A stretch of 63,043 bases of DNA, the filler included, from Hyphochytrium catenoides (lineage: Eukaryota; Protista; Hyphochytriomycota): NCBI GenBank assembly GCA_900088475.1. It is 10 parts of 10 records of this genome, joined end to end, with 100 filler letters (N's around TTAATTAATTAA, not from the genome) between each part and the next. Parts side by side here need not be neighbours in the genome. Positions count along the whole stretch, not along the records: positions 1 to 20,712 come from FLMG01000193.1; 9 more parts are not named here. One strand, 5' to 3'. The translations under genes were made by a program, and so were the position numbers. Below, in pieces: positions 1 through 13,688 of the stretch. Under the pieces are notes generated by a model. It was not told the DNA's origin and did no database searches. It saw nothing but the letters and a program-made list of their open reading frames with translations. Within the stretch, counting starts at the first letter, position 1, and the number at the start of each line of letters is the position of its first letter.

Positions 1-1
1 A

Positions 2-355
2 CTGAAGGAGAACACGCACGCAGACTATCAGAAGTTCCTCTCTGGAAAAGTAGCCACAGGTTGGCGAGAGAAGACTTCGTGTCTCTTTCTTTTTTGGGGG
101 GTCCTTCCTTCATCGTCACACTCTCTCCTTGCGTTATCGTCCTATCACCCTAGATTCTTTCCATCCCCTTTCTCTCACTCTCTCTCTCTCTCTCCCTCCC
201 TCTCTCTCTCTTTAATTTATTTATTTTCTCTTCCTTTTCGACCCTTGTAATCTTACGCTTTCCTCTCTCTCTTTCTCTCTGCAGGAGGGACGTCGGAGGC
301 CAAAGCGGCAGCTCCTGCGCGGAAGATCATCACTCCGGGCGCCAGCATTTCCTAA
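2..355 (+). CDS. 3' end of an unidentified spliced gene (partial)
   Basis: Open frame LKENTHADYQKFLSGK, then a CT-rich intron ending ...ctctgcag at 283, then EGTSEGKAAAPARKIITPGASIS-TAA (353-355). The donor site is uncertain. Confidence 0.4.
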
Positions 356-790
356 GGGAAGAGCGGAGAGGATAGCGCTCACAGAGTTTCATAGCGAAAA
401 TGAATGGAGAAAGAGCTCAAGACCGCCTGGAGAGGACCAAAAGAAGAGAGTTCTGACCCCAATCAAGCGGGGCCTAATGGAAAGAGGCAGTGATAAGAAA
501 CAAGAGGAGGAAGGGATGGGAGTCTCTCTCTCTCTCTCCATTTTTCATGGAGCTGGAGATGGGTTATTGAGAGATACGTTAATCTCACCAGAATCAGCAG
601 CAAGAGCAGAGAGAGAGAGGGAGAGAGAAAGAGGGCGTGAGAGAGAGAAAGTGCGGCCGAGAGAGAGAGAGAAAGAGAGAGAACAGAGAGAAAGAGAGAG
701 AACAGAGAGAAAGAGAGAGAGAGAGAAACCAGAACTGTCCCTTCTATGGGAACCCATAGACAATCATCTTCTATTAACAAAGTCTATGCG

Positions 791-2419
791 CTAGAGGAAT
801 CTCCATAACGAATCTATGGGCTTCTCTCTCTTGAAGCCGTCGTATCGCTTGCAGAGAAAGAACATCACCGGGAGAACGAGCCCAGCCCAAATCAGAAGAC
901 AATGATAGATGCTCACCGTGCTTGTGCCTCTAATCAGAAAGAGAAGAACGCCAATAGAGACGATGACATAGTGGTGAATGACATAGAAAAACAAGGGCGT
1001 TCGACCCCAAGGCAGGAGGAGCTTGTGCAGGAGAGACGAGGAAGAGAAGGTGCTTTCTACGGCGGCAAACAGGCGAAGAAGAAGAAGGTTGATGGCGATT
1101 GTGAGACAATCATAGGCGATAGAAGGCGGATACTTGCAGACGTTGAAGAAGGCGATGACGGGGTAGTCAAGCCCTTCGCCTCGGGGATATCCTATCATTG
1201 GAATGGGTTGAAAGAAAATGGAGAGAGTCATGCTTTGTGCGAGGATTGAGCGGGATAGAATGGCGTTCTGACCTAAGGCAAGGACCGGGGAGAGAGAAGG
1301 AGACACACACGTACACAGAAAGAAAGAAAGGACGACGCACCGAGAGGGGAGATGCAGAAGGCTTAGCGAAAAGAAAGGAGAGAGAGACACCCTGGATTGC
1401 GGGATAGAGACATTGGAAGGGGAAAATAAAGAGCGAGAGAGAGCAAGAGACATAGAGACGTTAAGAAGGACAGACAAGAGAGAGAGGGCAAGAGACAGAG
1501 AAAAAGCCATGCACATACTGAGAAAGAGAACGAGGAGAACACCGAAGGAGAACGAGGAGAGAAGAAACGAAGGATAAGAAGGAGACACGGTCGCTTCTTA
1601 CCTCTAAGATTGATAACGCCCCAGGGCAGAAGGCGCAGCAGAGGAAAGAGACAGAGAAGGAAGACTCCCCACTTTCCTCCGTCCTTGATTGCTTCCCTGG
1701 CGTTCTTAACCAGACTGCAGCCAAAGGCGCAGCCAAAGAAACAGAGTCCCAACCACGCAACCAGAGGATAAGCAATATTTCCCTGGCCATAAATATGCAG
1801 ATCGATGGGACCAGGAACCAGAAGAAAACGCATTACGATTCCAAAGAAAGAGCTCTCTACGCCTGCCTGCGCCGTCGCAGGCTCTCCTCTCTGCAAGTGA
1901 GAAATAACCACGCCATTCAGGACCAAGCAGGAGAGACCAAGGACGAGAAAGAGTCGGACAGCCCTTCTCCGTAGAACGCTAGTCGCGCTGACGGCCATGG
2001 ACGGCACAGGGAACAGTTCTATGTTACTCTTGGCCATTGCGTAGAGGACAAGGCCTGTGGTTAACATTTGAAGGCCGAGACAAGTCATAACCTGTTGGGA
2101 AGAGAGCGGACATGCGTTAGGAACTATGAAGAAATTCTGTTAAGCTTTGCTTCCCTTGCGATAGAAGAGGGACAAAGGATAACCGAGAGAAAAGAACAGA
2201 CAAGTTCAAAAATAGCTAATGAGAGAGAGAGAGAGAGAGAGAGAAAGAAAAGAGAGAGAGAGAGAGACCCAGAGCACAGCATGCATAGAGGAAGAAGAGA
2301 ACAGCTTCAGAAGAGATCATTCTAAAAAAGAGAGACGTGCCCAACAATGACAGGTGGACTCGGGCGAGAGGACTAAGGAGAGACAACCGTAGAAAACTCC
2401 AACCTTTGAGATAATCAAC

Positions 2420-2456
<37 letters not shown>

Positions 2457-2853
2457 AGACACACCTGATACCATGAGAGTAAATCCGCTAGGATGAGGGT
2501 GCCCACAGGGACATCTGGGTGCTCTTTCTCCTGCTCTGCCACCATCGGAAGCTCGGCAGCACGTACCGCAAAGCCCATGACAATAAGCAAGAGCCCTCGG
2601 AGAGAGAAGAACCTAAGCCATTATGGGAAGGGAGAAGGGCATTCGAGAGTGAGATAGTGGAGACATCTAACAGGCTGAGAGGAGGATGCGAAAAGAGAAG
2701 AGACGGAGCGAGAGACAACCAGCTGGAGAACGAGGCAAGAGCGAAGCTGGATTGAAAGTTTGAACTGAGAATGAGTAAGATCAACGGAAGGAGAAGAGAG
2801 AGAGAGAGTAAGACAGACAGTGTGAGAGAGAGGGAAAAGAGAGAGAGAGAGAG

Positions 2854-2898
<45 letters not shown>

Positions 2899-3359
2899 AG
2901 CCGGGACGTGGAGAGAGAGAAACGTGATAGAAATGGTTGAATACCGAGAATGAGCTAGATCAAGGGAAGGAGACGATTAAGGAGCAAGAGCGTGAAAGAG
3001 CAGGGGAGAGAGGGAAAGGAAAAGATCCTTGAAAAGGAAAGAGAGAGAGAGAGAAGTCAAGTAATAAGAGAACGAGTCCAAAGACTAGCCAGACATAGGA
3101 TAGACAAAGTTTGAGGTTAACTGGCGGCCGCGTAGCAGCTCCCCCGGCAATGACAGAGCAAAAAGCGATGAGAAGAAATGCTTAACCTCAGCAGCTTCTC
3201 ATCACTCCAGCTCTGTCCTCTTCTGGAGAAGATGAAGAGGATCATCCCGGCTCCCATGAGGAAGCTGAAGCCTGGGGCGCAGATATGGCTCACAATGCGG
3301 GCAAAGAAGTATCCCGGCTTTCCTACCATTTACGCAGAGTAAGCGCAACGGAGCTAAGA

Positions 3360-3404
<45 letters not shown>

Positions 3405-3925
3405 ACCTGAGTACATCTCCAGAGGAGTTGACCAGCCTAGTCATATGCAAAGAGACCGCCCAGGCCAGAGAGAGAGAGGAAGCACTGTTAGAAAGCGCAC
3501 AATCTGAGAGAGAGCACCAAGAGAGAGAGCACCAAAAGAGAGAGAGAGAAGCAGAGCACCGTGGAAGAGAGGAGCTTGACCAAAAGACGTTCCTCTCCGT
3601 TTTCTACTTGTCTGCTACCTTCAGAGTGTCGCGCGCCCTCCCGAGTCCCATCAGGACGCTGCCCATCGCTGCCAGTATATTGAGCTAGGAAGTCCTTGGT
3701 ATGGTCCCAAGCCATTATACACATGATGAGACCACGAAGCAGGTCGAGGCTTTGGACTCTTTGCGGCACAGACGCCGTTCGTCTTGCCATTTCCTCTGTT
3801 CCAGCCAGGAGAGGAACGTGGAACTCATCTTTGGCAGTGCCAAGGCCGCTGTGGGTCTCGAGCTTCTCCTCCGTCCGTCCTCCGGCAGCCTCTGTTCCAT
3901 CTGCATACTGCCCGTTGGACGGCAT
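791..3925 (-). CDS. DUF1624 / heparan-alpha-glucosaminide N-acetyltransferase-like multi-pass membrane protein, 6 exons (~3925-3620, 3437-3407, 3322-3188, 2611-2466, 2091-1602, 1191-791)
   Basis: Family motifs appear in order: RVQSLDLLRGLIMCIMAWDH, RIVSHICAPGFSFLMG, LRGLLLI, YPLVAWLG, KYPPSIAY, GRTPLFFYVIH. GT-AG introns join them in frame. Confidence 0.85.
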
Positions 3926-4425
3926 CTCTCTCCTTTGTTGCTTGCTCTACAGATTCTCTTTCTAATCTCCAGTTTTATAGCTCGCCGCTTATTGAAGATT
4001 TTTGCCTCTCCGATGAAGGATCTCAGATGCAGAGATCGCGCTGTGCCCTCAATGGCGTTCCTGATGACGGCCTGGATGAAGTGCGAACAGTGTCTCACTG
4101 CAGAGGAAAGAGACTCTCGATGCTTCCAACCAAAGGGACAGAGAGCTAAGATGGACCAGAGGAGGAGAGGCCTTGAAGTGAAGGAGAGCAGAAAGAGACA
4201 GAAAGAGGAGGAGATCGAGGAAGAGGAGCAGGGAGAGATTCAGGGAGAGAACGAGAGAGACACAGACAGAAGGACAAAGAGAGAAAGAAATAGAGAGAAA
4301 GTGAGAGAGAGAAGGAGAGAGAAAGTGAGAAAGAGAGAGACACAGACAGAAGGACACAGAGAGAAAGAAAGAGAGAGAAAGTGAGAGAGAGAAGGAGAGA
4401 GAAAGTGAGAAAGAGAGAGAGCGAG

Positions 4426-4488
<63 letters not shown>

Positions 4489-6894
4489 AAGAAAGAGAAG
4501 ATAGTAGCAATCTTTCTGAAGCTTCATCACTCGCTCAAACAGACATAGTATCCATACGCTCTGATGGCGCGGCATATCTATGGGTTACAAAGCATACCAT
4601 TAACCCATTGATGTGCCGGTGGCGGCGTATCCTTAGGTTGGAGAATGAGATGGAAGGAAGAAGAAGAAAAGCTTCAATTGCCCAACAGAAGAAACCTGTC
4701 AAGAGAGAAGTGATGGAGGGAGAGGCCATCAGCGATAAGAACAAATATATTTCTAGATCATTATATCATAGAATGCTGTACATAATGAATAGGTATTCTA
4801 TATACGATAAGTTCTATTCGTAATAAGGAAAAATAATATCTCCGTTATGTGGAATAGAATGAGATAGCCGTTGAGTTGCGCGAGACGCCACAAAGCCCAT
4901 CACTTCAACCCTCTTTAAATGCCGTTAGCCGCTCTCTCAACACACCGCACCGAGCCATTTATTTTCTCAGACGCCTTTCTTACAGTCATGACACGAGTCC
5001 AGCCACTAGGTAAACCATTGTCCCATTTTTTCCTAGGGCGAAATAGGCTTTGAAAAGTTAAATGGGTTGCGTGCATGATTGATAGGTTCAGATTTCAAAG
5101 CCCTTTTGGCAAGGTTCTTAGGCCAAAAGTCGGTCGCACGGCACAACAACCCTCACTCAACCTTGGTCGGTCGCTTGCGCAGGATGGAGCGTAGGTCTTG
5201 GAGACACAGAGTCCAGACACAGTCAACAAAGGAGAGAGAGAGGTGGAGAGAGGGCCAGTGATCAAAGTGACCCATGGGAGTCATGAAAACCCTGAAGAAA
5301 GCTCAACAATGTGGTTTTGTCCGGTAAAAAGACTGCACTGTGGCGAAGAAGAAGAATCATCGCAAAAGGTCTTTTCCCCATTCTGCTCATGGAGCTTGAG
5401 CAAGCTGTTCTGTCCCCGTAGGATTCTGCAAGGACCTACCCATCCTGTCTGATCGTCTCTTCCCATCAACCTCCTTTCCTTTCAAAAGGGATCAATCATT
5501 CAACAAACAGTTGTTTGTTGTACGAGTACCTGTCACTTCAGACCGATGATGACTGTACAGCCTTGTAGGCTTGTAGGTAGTGCCACAGTATGAGTGGTCA
5601 AAGAACTGCGATGTCTGTATGTCATCAGGACTCGCCTCTACCCTGTCCTGCCACCTTCCACTTGTTCGCTTTGGCCACGACGTCTGGTACACCAGCGAGG
5701 TTGTCGCACCTGAGGACTCTCCTTCTGTCCTCTTCCTCACCATACCAAAGATCGGGTGGGGATGAGAGGGGAAAGGTAAGGCAAGGACAGAAAGGTGCTG
5801 ATGGAGGAAGGGGCAGGGCAGGATCAGGCCTTTTATACCCTTCGTCTGCCACTGTTTGCTTGTATCTTCAGCTCTCCATGTCATCGATCTCCGTTAACAT
5901 GAGAATAGTATGCGGCGCAGTTCACGCGGCAGAAGGTAGCGAATCGCCTACATAAGATCAGTGGTAATAAAAGAACCATCATTGCCTTGGTAGACCTCCT
6001 CCCCAGTCTTCTCTCAACCTTCCTGATCCTCATCTCACTTAAAACCATCACACGTTTATTTCGCTCCATCCACTGCATTCCGTATCAATTTCCTGTCATT
6101 CAGAACATTTGCCCCTAAATACCTAGTTATTATGAATGAATAAATATCTGAAAAATAGTTCTATAATAACGAACTGATTGTGATAAAATAAATGAAGGTG
6201 GTTCCCCCAGTGCCACTGAAAACCAAGGGGTTCCTAGAGAGACTGGGGAGAGGGCGCCAGAGGGGAGGATGTAGCGCATGATGGCGCCGCCTCGCCCGCC
6301 GCTCACTCCTTGCGGCCCGTTTATTTACGGGGAAAGACACTGAAAATCGGACCCGCCTTCTCTATTCAAATTTTAGAAGCTTCAGATTGCGGATTTTCGA
6401 AGCTCTGAAAGAGCGTTGATTAGAGTCTGGAATTGGCGTGGATATTTCTGCGTATTCAATGAGGTGCTTTTGGAAGGACCCCGAGGGGAGATAGGATCGA
6501 AGCTCATAGCCTATCGAACTCTCTAAGGCAATCGTTATCAGGGTGAGGAGACGAAAGGCTCTTACAGGGAGATAGGATCTGATAACAGAATCTCGCGCCA
6601 TAGTTTTGCACTTACAAGCGCACCGATCAACTTGAGGTAGGTTCTACAGAAAATGCAGATGGACAGTGCGAAGTTGAGACTTCGGGACTAGAGCCTTATT
6701 ATCGCACTTCAATCAGCCTTGGTTTGGGTCTGATCTAATCACATGCATTATGATGAGACCATTTTAGTCAAAGTCATCGCCGAGGTCTCAGACTGACTTT
6801 ATGACATTTGGTCTAGGTGTTCCTGACCTAGTGTTTTTCCTCTGTGGGAGCACGCACTCAAGTGGTTAGCGTAGGCGCTGTAACTTTTTCCAAG

Positions 6895-9800
6895 ATGTAT
6901 CAACAGGGACAGCCGTCACAACCTCGGTATGCTCAAGATACCGCCCTCCGGGCTTTCTCTTTCGTCGCTGCTCTCCCATTCTTCTTATGAGCTCTCCTTC
7001 TTTGTCCATATGTTTGGCCAACATTCACCCTCACCGGTCTTATAAAATTGTGCCAACACTGTCAATTGACTAGGAGTCGAGGTGCCGCTGCTGTCGGTGT
7101 CCAGGGTGTGGCCCCGATGAGAAGTGGCCCACCCAACGTAGCGGCAATGAGTATGCCCCCGACAGGAACACGATTTCCCGAGCTTTTGGAGCAAATGAAG
7201 ATGGAGTTTGAAGCCATGATCCAGCAAGTGAACATTGCAAAGCTGGAGAGAGATGACTTTGAGCGCAAGCTCACGGCACAAGTAAACTTTCAGCATCCTT
7301 ATCAGTCTCTCCTCCTCGCTCTCTCTTCCCTTGTTTCGCTCGCATCCAGATCTGTTAGCAGTCTGTCTCCCCTAATCCGAAGAAAAAGACCCTACTCTTG
7401 GTCTTTGACTATGCTGATCGGTCGTTGTGCCAGGCAGTCTAGCTCTCACTGTTGCCAATCTTCTAGTTGATTGAGAAGTTGTCACCAAGCGTTGTTAGAA
7501 TATAGAGCTTTTTTTGGCTTGTTGGAGTCTGTTGGTTGGCCTTCTCCTGGCTGTTTGGCGGCAGAGAGACTCATCTTGTGACCTATCATTCCCTTTCTTG
7601 TCTGTTGTCACTCGGTGCAGCTGCAAGAGATGGAGAGCCTGCAGCAAGCTCTAAAAACGCTGGAGGCGAATCATAGACGGATCCGCCAGCAATACGAGGA
7701 GGATCTGCTCCGTCTCCGCCGACAATTAGAAGGACAGCAGCCAATGCCCCAGCAGCCACCCGCCAAGCCGACAAAGCGTGGTCACGTTGACGAAAATGAG
7801 GCAAGAGTACCTCGGAGCGGAGGAAGAAACGCCCCTCCTCCTCGCTCTGTTTCCCCGCCTCGCGTTCTCCCTACTCCAGACCGCCCTGAAGAGCAGAACA
7901 GACCTCCGCCCATGCCTGCTGGTCAACCACAGCGTGGAGGCCGGTATGAAGAGATGCCCAGCAACGGAAAGGAGCTAAATAGCAAGGATAGAGAACCAGA
8001 ACAGCCGGTAAAGAGACGACCACCGCGCCCTTCCTATTCATCTCACGCTGTGCAGTTTATGCTAATCCGCCAATTCTTTCTGCGTCGTCCTTGTAGCCTG
8101 TGCATAAGAAGCCTAAAACTGATGACTCTCAACCAGAAGATCGGAAACGGCAAGCCTCTCATGACAAGGGTAAGCGGGACTGGCCAGTGCAGGCTTTCTA
8201 TGTGCAGACCCATCCTTACCGGCGCCTGCCCTTGCCACGTCTATCTTTCTCTTTCTTCTTCATTTTCATCAGAGCATCCAAAGGGCCAGCCCCAGCAGGA
8301 TGAGAGCCGTCCCCCTCCACCACCAGCTGAGGAGGAAAGCAGGGCAAAAGTGAAGTGGACTATCCAGTATAACACCAAGCCCCAGGCGTTCCCTGAGGGC
8401 GAAAGGCCGATTGTGGAGATGCAGCACACCCTTGACCATCAGAGCGTTGTCTGCTGCGTACGGCTGAGCAGGTAGAAAAGAGAAGTAGAAGCTCCCTCCC
8501 TCCCTCTCCCTCCCTCTTTTCAGCTCTCTCTCTCTTCGGCGCTCTCTCTTCCCCTCTCTCTCGGTTCTGGTTCACTCTTTCAAGAGGAGCGTCCACTCTT
8601 CTCTGTCGTTTCGATTCTTTTTCGTCCTTCGCTCTGATCTTTCGCTGCGACCTTGCCGTGATCCCATTCGCTCTTCTGTTAGTGACGGAAAGAAGATGGC
8701 AAGCGGATGTCATAAGACTGCTCAAGTCTTTGACGTCGAGACTGGACAGCAGATCTTCTCTGTCTCTCGACCCCCTGCGTCTAGTGCGGACGGAGAGGAT
8801 GCGTACATCCGTGCTGTGTGTTTCTCTCCTGATGGCTCACACCTTATCGCTGGCATGCCGCAGAATACCATCAAGGTCCGCTTGTACTTTCCGTTTCTCT
8901 CTCTTTCTCAGTTGCCACCGTTCTCTGCTACCTACGTCAGAAGCTCTCTTTAGTTTTCTCTCGTCTGGCGTTGCATTAGTTCACTGTTTTGCACCGTCTT
9001 AGGTGTGGGACATAGCATCGAAGAAGGAAGTTATGACTTTGGTTGGGCATGAAATGGAGATCTATTCCCTTGATTATGTACAGAACTTCATTGCGTCGGG
9101 CAGTGGGGATCGTAAGGTAAAGGGATCCGCTCTCTTCTTCCCTTGTCTTGCCATCTTCTTTCTTCGCTCTCTCTCTTATCATCTCTCCTGTCACACGCAT
9201 TTTGAGACGAACCGAAGACCTTGTCGTCTTCCTCTAGGCTGTCTCTCTTGAAAGCATTTAGTTTGGTGCTTTATTCCTCGCCCTCTCTTCCTTTCCGCAA
9301 CTCCCAGACGCTGTTGCAACGTGCTAACGCCCAAGTACTGTTTAGGTTCGGCTCTGGGATGCTCGTAACGGAAACTGTCACGCAGTGTTAGGAAATGACT
9401 CCTCGGGGCCATCGGTAGGGGTAAAGAAGCTCTTCCTTTGGCTTCTGCCTCTCTCCTTCGACGGCCGACTAACGCTCTGTTTCAACGTCTTTCGTCTCTT
9501 TCCTCTCTCTCTCCATTTTCAGGAGGATGGCGTCACCTCCGTCGCCCTCAGCCCTGATGGAAGACTCCTCGCAGCAGCCTCACTGGACAAGGTAACAAAC
9601 CTTTTGCCCGCGATATCGTACCATTGCCAAACGCTGCGGGTTATTTGACGACCTTCTCGGTTTTGCTATTGCTAGATTGTTAGGGTTTGGGACACAACGA
9701 CGCTGCAGCAGGTGGACCGCCTGGAAGGACACACAGACTCTGTTTACTCTATTGCTTTCTCTCCTGATGGTATGGTTCTCAAATCGAGTGCTCTTTCCCT

Positions 9801-10632
9801 CTTTCCCTCTCTTTCTCTCTCTCCTCTGTGGGCCCTCTCTTTCCTTTACAGATGAACTTGCTTGCCATCAGAATAAGACTACGTTTTGCTCTGCAACCTT
9901 TGCCTTGTCATGTCTCACCTTTACATGGCAGCATATGTAGATATTCACAGCACTCTTTGAACTTGATAGGGAAGAACCTCATCTCGGGATCACTGGACAA
10001 GACGCTTATGCTCTGGGATATCACGGCGTCTGGACGGCCAACTTCTAGGCCGCGCCTAATGTTTAGCGGCCACAAGGACTACGTACTATCTGTGGCTTAC
10101 ACTCCCGATGGAAGGTGCGTTTATATGCCCACGTCACGTTCCCTCTTATTTTATTGGAGCTTTTGTGAGGCTCCGCGTACTCTCTTTCTCTCTCCCTCTC
10201 TCTCCCTCTGTCTGTCTGCCTTTCTCTCTTTCTCGGTCCCTTCTTCCTCTTAAGGCCCTTTCTCTACTTTCTCTATATTCTCCCATCCCATGCGCCACTC
10301 TTATTTCTCTTTTGTGTCGGTAGGTGGTTGATGTCGGGCTCCAAGGACCGGTCTGTCATCTTCTGGGACCCACGCAGTACGCGGTCTGTGCTCACAATGA
10401 GTGGATACAGAAACTCAGTCATTAGGTAAAAAAGATCACTGCACCACCCTTTGTGCTCTCTCTTTCTCTCTCGGCTTGCACCTCTCTCCTTCTTTGGTTC
10501 TCTCTCTTCTTTCTCTCTTGCAGCTTCCGTCTCTAAGTTCATCTGTATTTCTCGGTCTCCGTTCAGAGTTTTTCCTGCGCGCTTGCGCTCTCTTCACCTT
10601 TTCCTTCCCCTGTTGCTCTTTCTCTCTGCCTC

Positions 10633-10663
<31 letters not shown>

Positions 10664-10893
10664 TCTCTCTATAGATATATCCATTCTCTCCAGTTCTTGT
10701 TTCTCCGTCCAACTCCGCATTTCGTTTTGGGTTCCCTTTCTCTGCTTTCCTGCCGATAGACAATGCTGACCGTCCACTGCTCTGTCTCTTCTCCCACATC
10801 AGTGTTGCATCATCACCAGCTTCTCCCCACTTTGCAACGGGAAGTGGAGATTGCTTGGCGTGCATCTGGAAGTACACCTGCCAGTCCGTGTAG
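6895..10893 (+). CDS. TUP1: Tup1/TupA-type transcriptional corepressor (Tup_N coiled coil, Pro/Gln-rich linker, WD40 propeller), multi-exon
   Basis: Tup_N-like [14 protein letters not shown]...[12 protein letters not shown]|[39 protein letters not shown]40 segments [87 protein letters not shown] at 6895, TAG at 10891-10893, canonical introns. Confidence 0.92.
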
Positions 10894-11525
10894 AGAGAGA
10901 GAGAGAGCGCGCGCGAAGAGATGAGCAAGAATTGCAGTCTCTCTTCTCTGTGACCCCTCCATTTCTCTCCCGAGCTTCGCCCTCATCGGCCTAGCGAAAG
11001 GTCTCATCGCTGCATCTCTTTCTCTTCGGTCCAAGAAAAGAGAAATAGGAGGAAGAGACAAATGGGAGGGAGAGAGAGAAAGAGAGAGAGACATTAGTAG
11101 TCTTCTGGTTTGATAGGTGTATTTGGGGGAGTGCATCCCTTTATTTTATTCAGTGAGCCTCTCGCAGGGATCATTCTTTTATGCAGTGGGGCGGTCCACT
11201 GTCCTTTCTAATGTATCATTCGAGAGAACTATCATCTAGACCATTGGCGGGGACGTCTCTCTCTCTCTCTTCCCCTTTCCTTTAGTCCTTTCTCTCTCCT
11301 TTAGTAGTCGTCAGTAGTTGGTGGTTAGTGATCTGTCTCTCTCCTTCCTCCCTTCTTTCTCTCTCTTTCTTCTGTCTCACTGTGCTAGTCCTTCCATCTT
11401 CCCTCTGCCTTTCTCTTTTCCAAGCAAACCTATCCCTATCTGCCACTGATTTCTCTCTCTCTCTCTCTTTTCCCCACCCCCTTTTCTCTCTCCCTCTGTC
11501 TCTCTCTCTCTTTCACTTTCCCTCA

Positions 11526-11586
<61 letters not shown>

Positions 11587-11686
11587 TCTTTCCCTCAGTC
11601 TCCCCTCAACACCCTTTCTCTCTCGGTAAATATAGATATATTATCTGAGGACTCTAGTCCCTCCCTGTTTGTTAGGACCAAAAGGC

Positions 11687-12258
11687 TTATGACTCGCGAT
11701 ACTTTGACGCCTCAGCGCGCACTCTCCTCTCGTACGCCTCAGGGTTAGACTTCAGTAGCACGTAGGGCTCGCTCTGGGCTGGGTCATTCTATAGAGACAG
11801 AGCAGTAGAGAAAGAGAGAGTGTGTGTCAGAGAGAGAAAGAGACAGAGAGAGAGAGATGGCTTTAAAATACGCAGAGAAAAAAACGAAAGGAACGTAAGC
11901 AACGAGACAGGAAAGAGAAAAGGATTCTAATAAGCTAAAAGAAGAGATAAAGAGGAAGAACGATAGGAGAGAGAGACATGAGGGAGAGAGACATAGAGAG
12001 AGACATAGAGAGAGAGAGACAGATAGGGGGAGAGAGCGAGAGGCCGAAGTGAAGAGAAAGCACGTACAATGTTGGGATTGTTTAGAAGGTCCTGGATGCC
12101 CAAGAGAATCTGCTTGACAGTGATCGACGGTTTCCAGTCCTTGTCTTCGTTGAGAATAGAGAGACAGACCGTGCCGGAGGGATACACATTGGGATGGAAG
12201 AGAGGAGGAGTGAACTTGCAGAGAGGAGGCTTGCTCGGATAGTCCTGGCAATAGAGAG

Positions 12259-12301
<43 letters not shown>

Positions 12302-12869
12302 GTGAGTGAGAAAGAGAGAGGCTTCATGTCTGGAAAGAGAAAGGCTAGGAGAGTACGCTAAGACTGAGAGGAAGAGAGCACCACCAATAGTGAGCAGCTC
12401 TACTGCAAATGTGGAGAGAGAAAGAAAGAGCGAGAGTACGGAAGAGAGAGAGTGTGAGAGAGACAAAGAGAGAGAGTGTGAGAGGGAGCGAGAGAGAAAA
12501 GAGAAGAGAGAGAACAGGCGAGAGAGAGGGAAGAATACTGCACATTGTCTAGAAGACAAAGTATCTTTGCTCTTACCTCTGAGAANNNNNNNNNNNNNNN
12601 NNNNNNNNNNNNNNNNNNNNNNNNNNNNNNNNNNNNNNNNNNNNNNNNNNNNNNNNNNNNNNNNNNNNNNNNNNNNNNNNNNNNNNNNNNNNNNNNNTCT
12701 CTCTCTCTCTCGACTTGTTAGGTGAGCTGTCATCCGTACCAGCATTCCATTGCATTAAGTTCGTGGATCCATCAGGATTTGCCGCTGGCCTGGCCCAGAA
12801 GCCTGGAGGATGGTCCTTTCTCCACGCCTTCCTCTCTTCTGCCAGTCTACCTCTTGCTATGCCCGACAT
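11687..12869 (-). CDS. UBC9: SUMO-conjugating enzyme E2; one internal exon lies mostly in the N gap 12586-12697
   Basis: [24 protein letters not shown]; [31 protein letters not shown] with the catalytic Cys; last exon NDPAQSEPY...SKYRES-TAA. Confidence 0.96.
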
Positions 12870-13257
12870 CTTTCTCTCTCTCTCTCTTGACTCTCTCTCT
12901 TACCAATAACAGGGAGAGAGAGAGTGATGCAGGTAACAGCTACCAACTCAATGGGCCAAGAAGGGGAAAAGAAAGGGAGAGAGAAGACAGGAGAAAAGAG
13001 AAAGAGAGGCTGCCGGAGAAGATAGGTTAGCTCTGAGAAAGGTCTGGGTTGTCTCAATGGCAGCAGAGCTTCAGCAGAGAAAAAGCTCTGACAGGCTTGG
13101 CAAATGCGATGATGGACCCTTCTTGACTGTGGGGGACAGTGTCAAGAGATAGAGAATGAAAGTCAGAGTGAGAGAGACAGAGAGAGAGAGAGAGAGACAG
13201 AGAGAGGAATAGAGAGAGAGAGAGACAGGGAGAGAGAAAGAAAGAGGAAGAGAGAAA

Positions 13258-13290
<33 letters not shown>

Positions 13291-13688
13291 TGAGAGAGAA
13301 GGGAGAAAGAGATGGAAAGATAGGGAAAAACAGCGTAACAAGAGAAACTCTAGCATCCGAGAAAGAGTGCATCCAAGACATAGCAGGACAAAGTTAAAGA
13401 GAGAATCAGGTCAAGACAGAGCCACGAGAGACACAGACGAACGAAAAGGACTTACTGTCCCCACTTTTCGCGGGTAAATCTCAGAGCTACACACCGCACT
13501 GACAGGCTAACACCACTCATATCACGTATAATGCGCTTATGTCGCCCCTTTATCACTGGATGCCGTATACCATATCCCGAATACAGAGGTGTAGTTGTTA
13601 GCTGTTTGGAACGCTCGTACGCCTACAACGCACAGCATTGCCGATAAATGGAGCTTCGTCGCATCTCAATAAATCTTCGGCTTGGCGG

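Noticed and set aside
4900-6100. MITE or piggyBac-like termini and a transposase relic upstream of Tup1
   Set aside because: The inverted match is short and imperfect, and no catalytic motif could be recognised.
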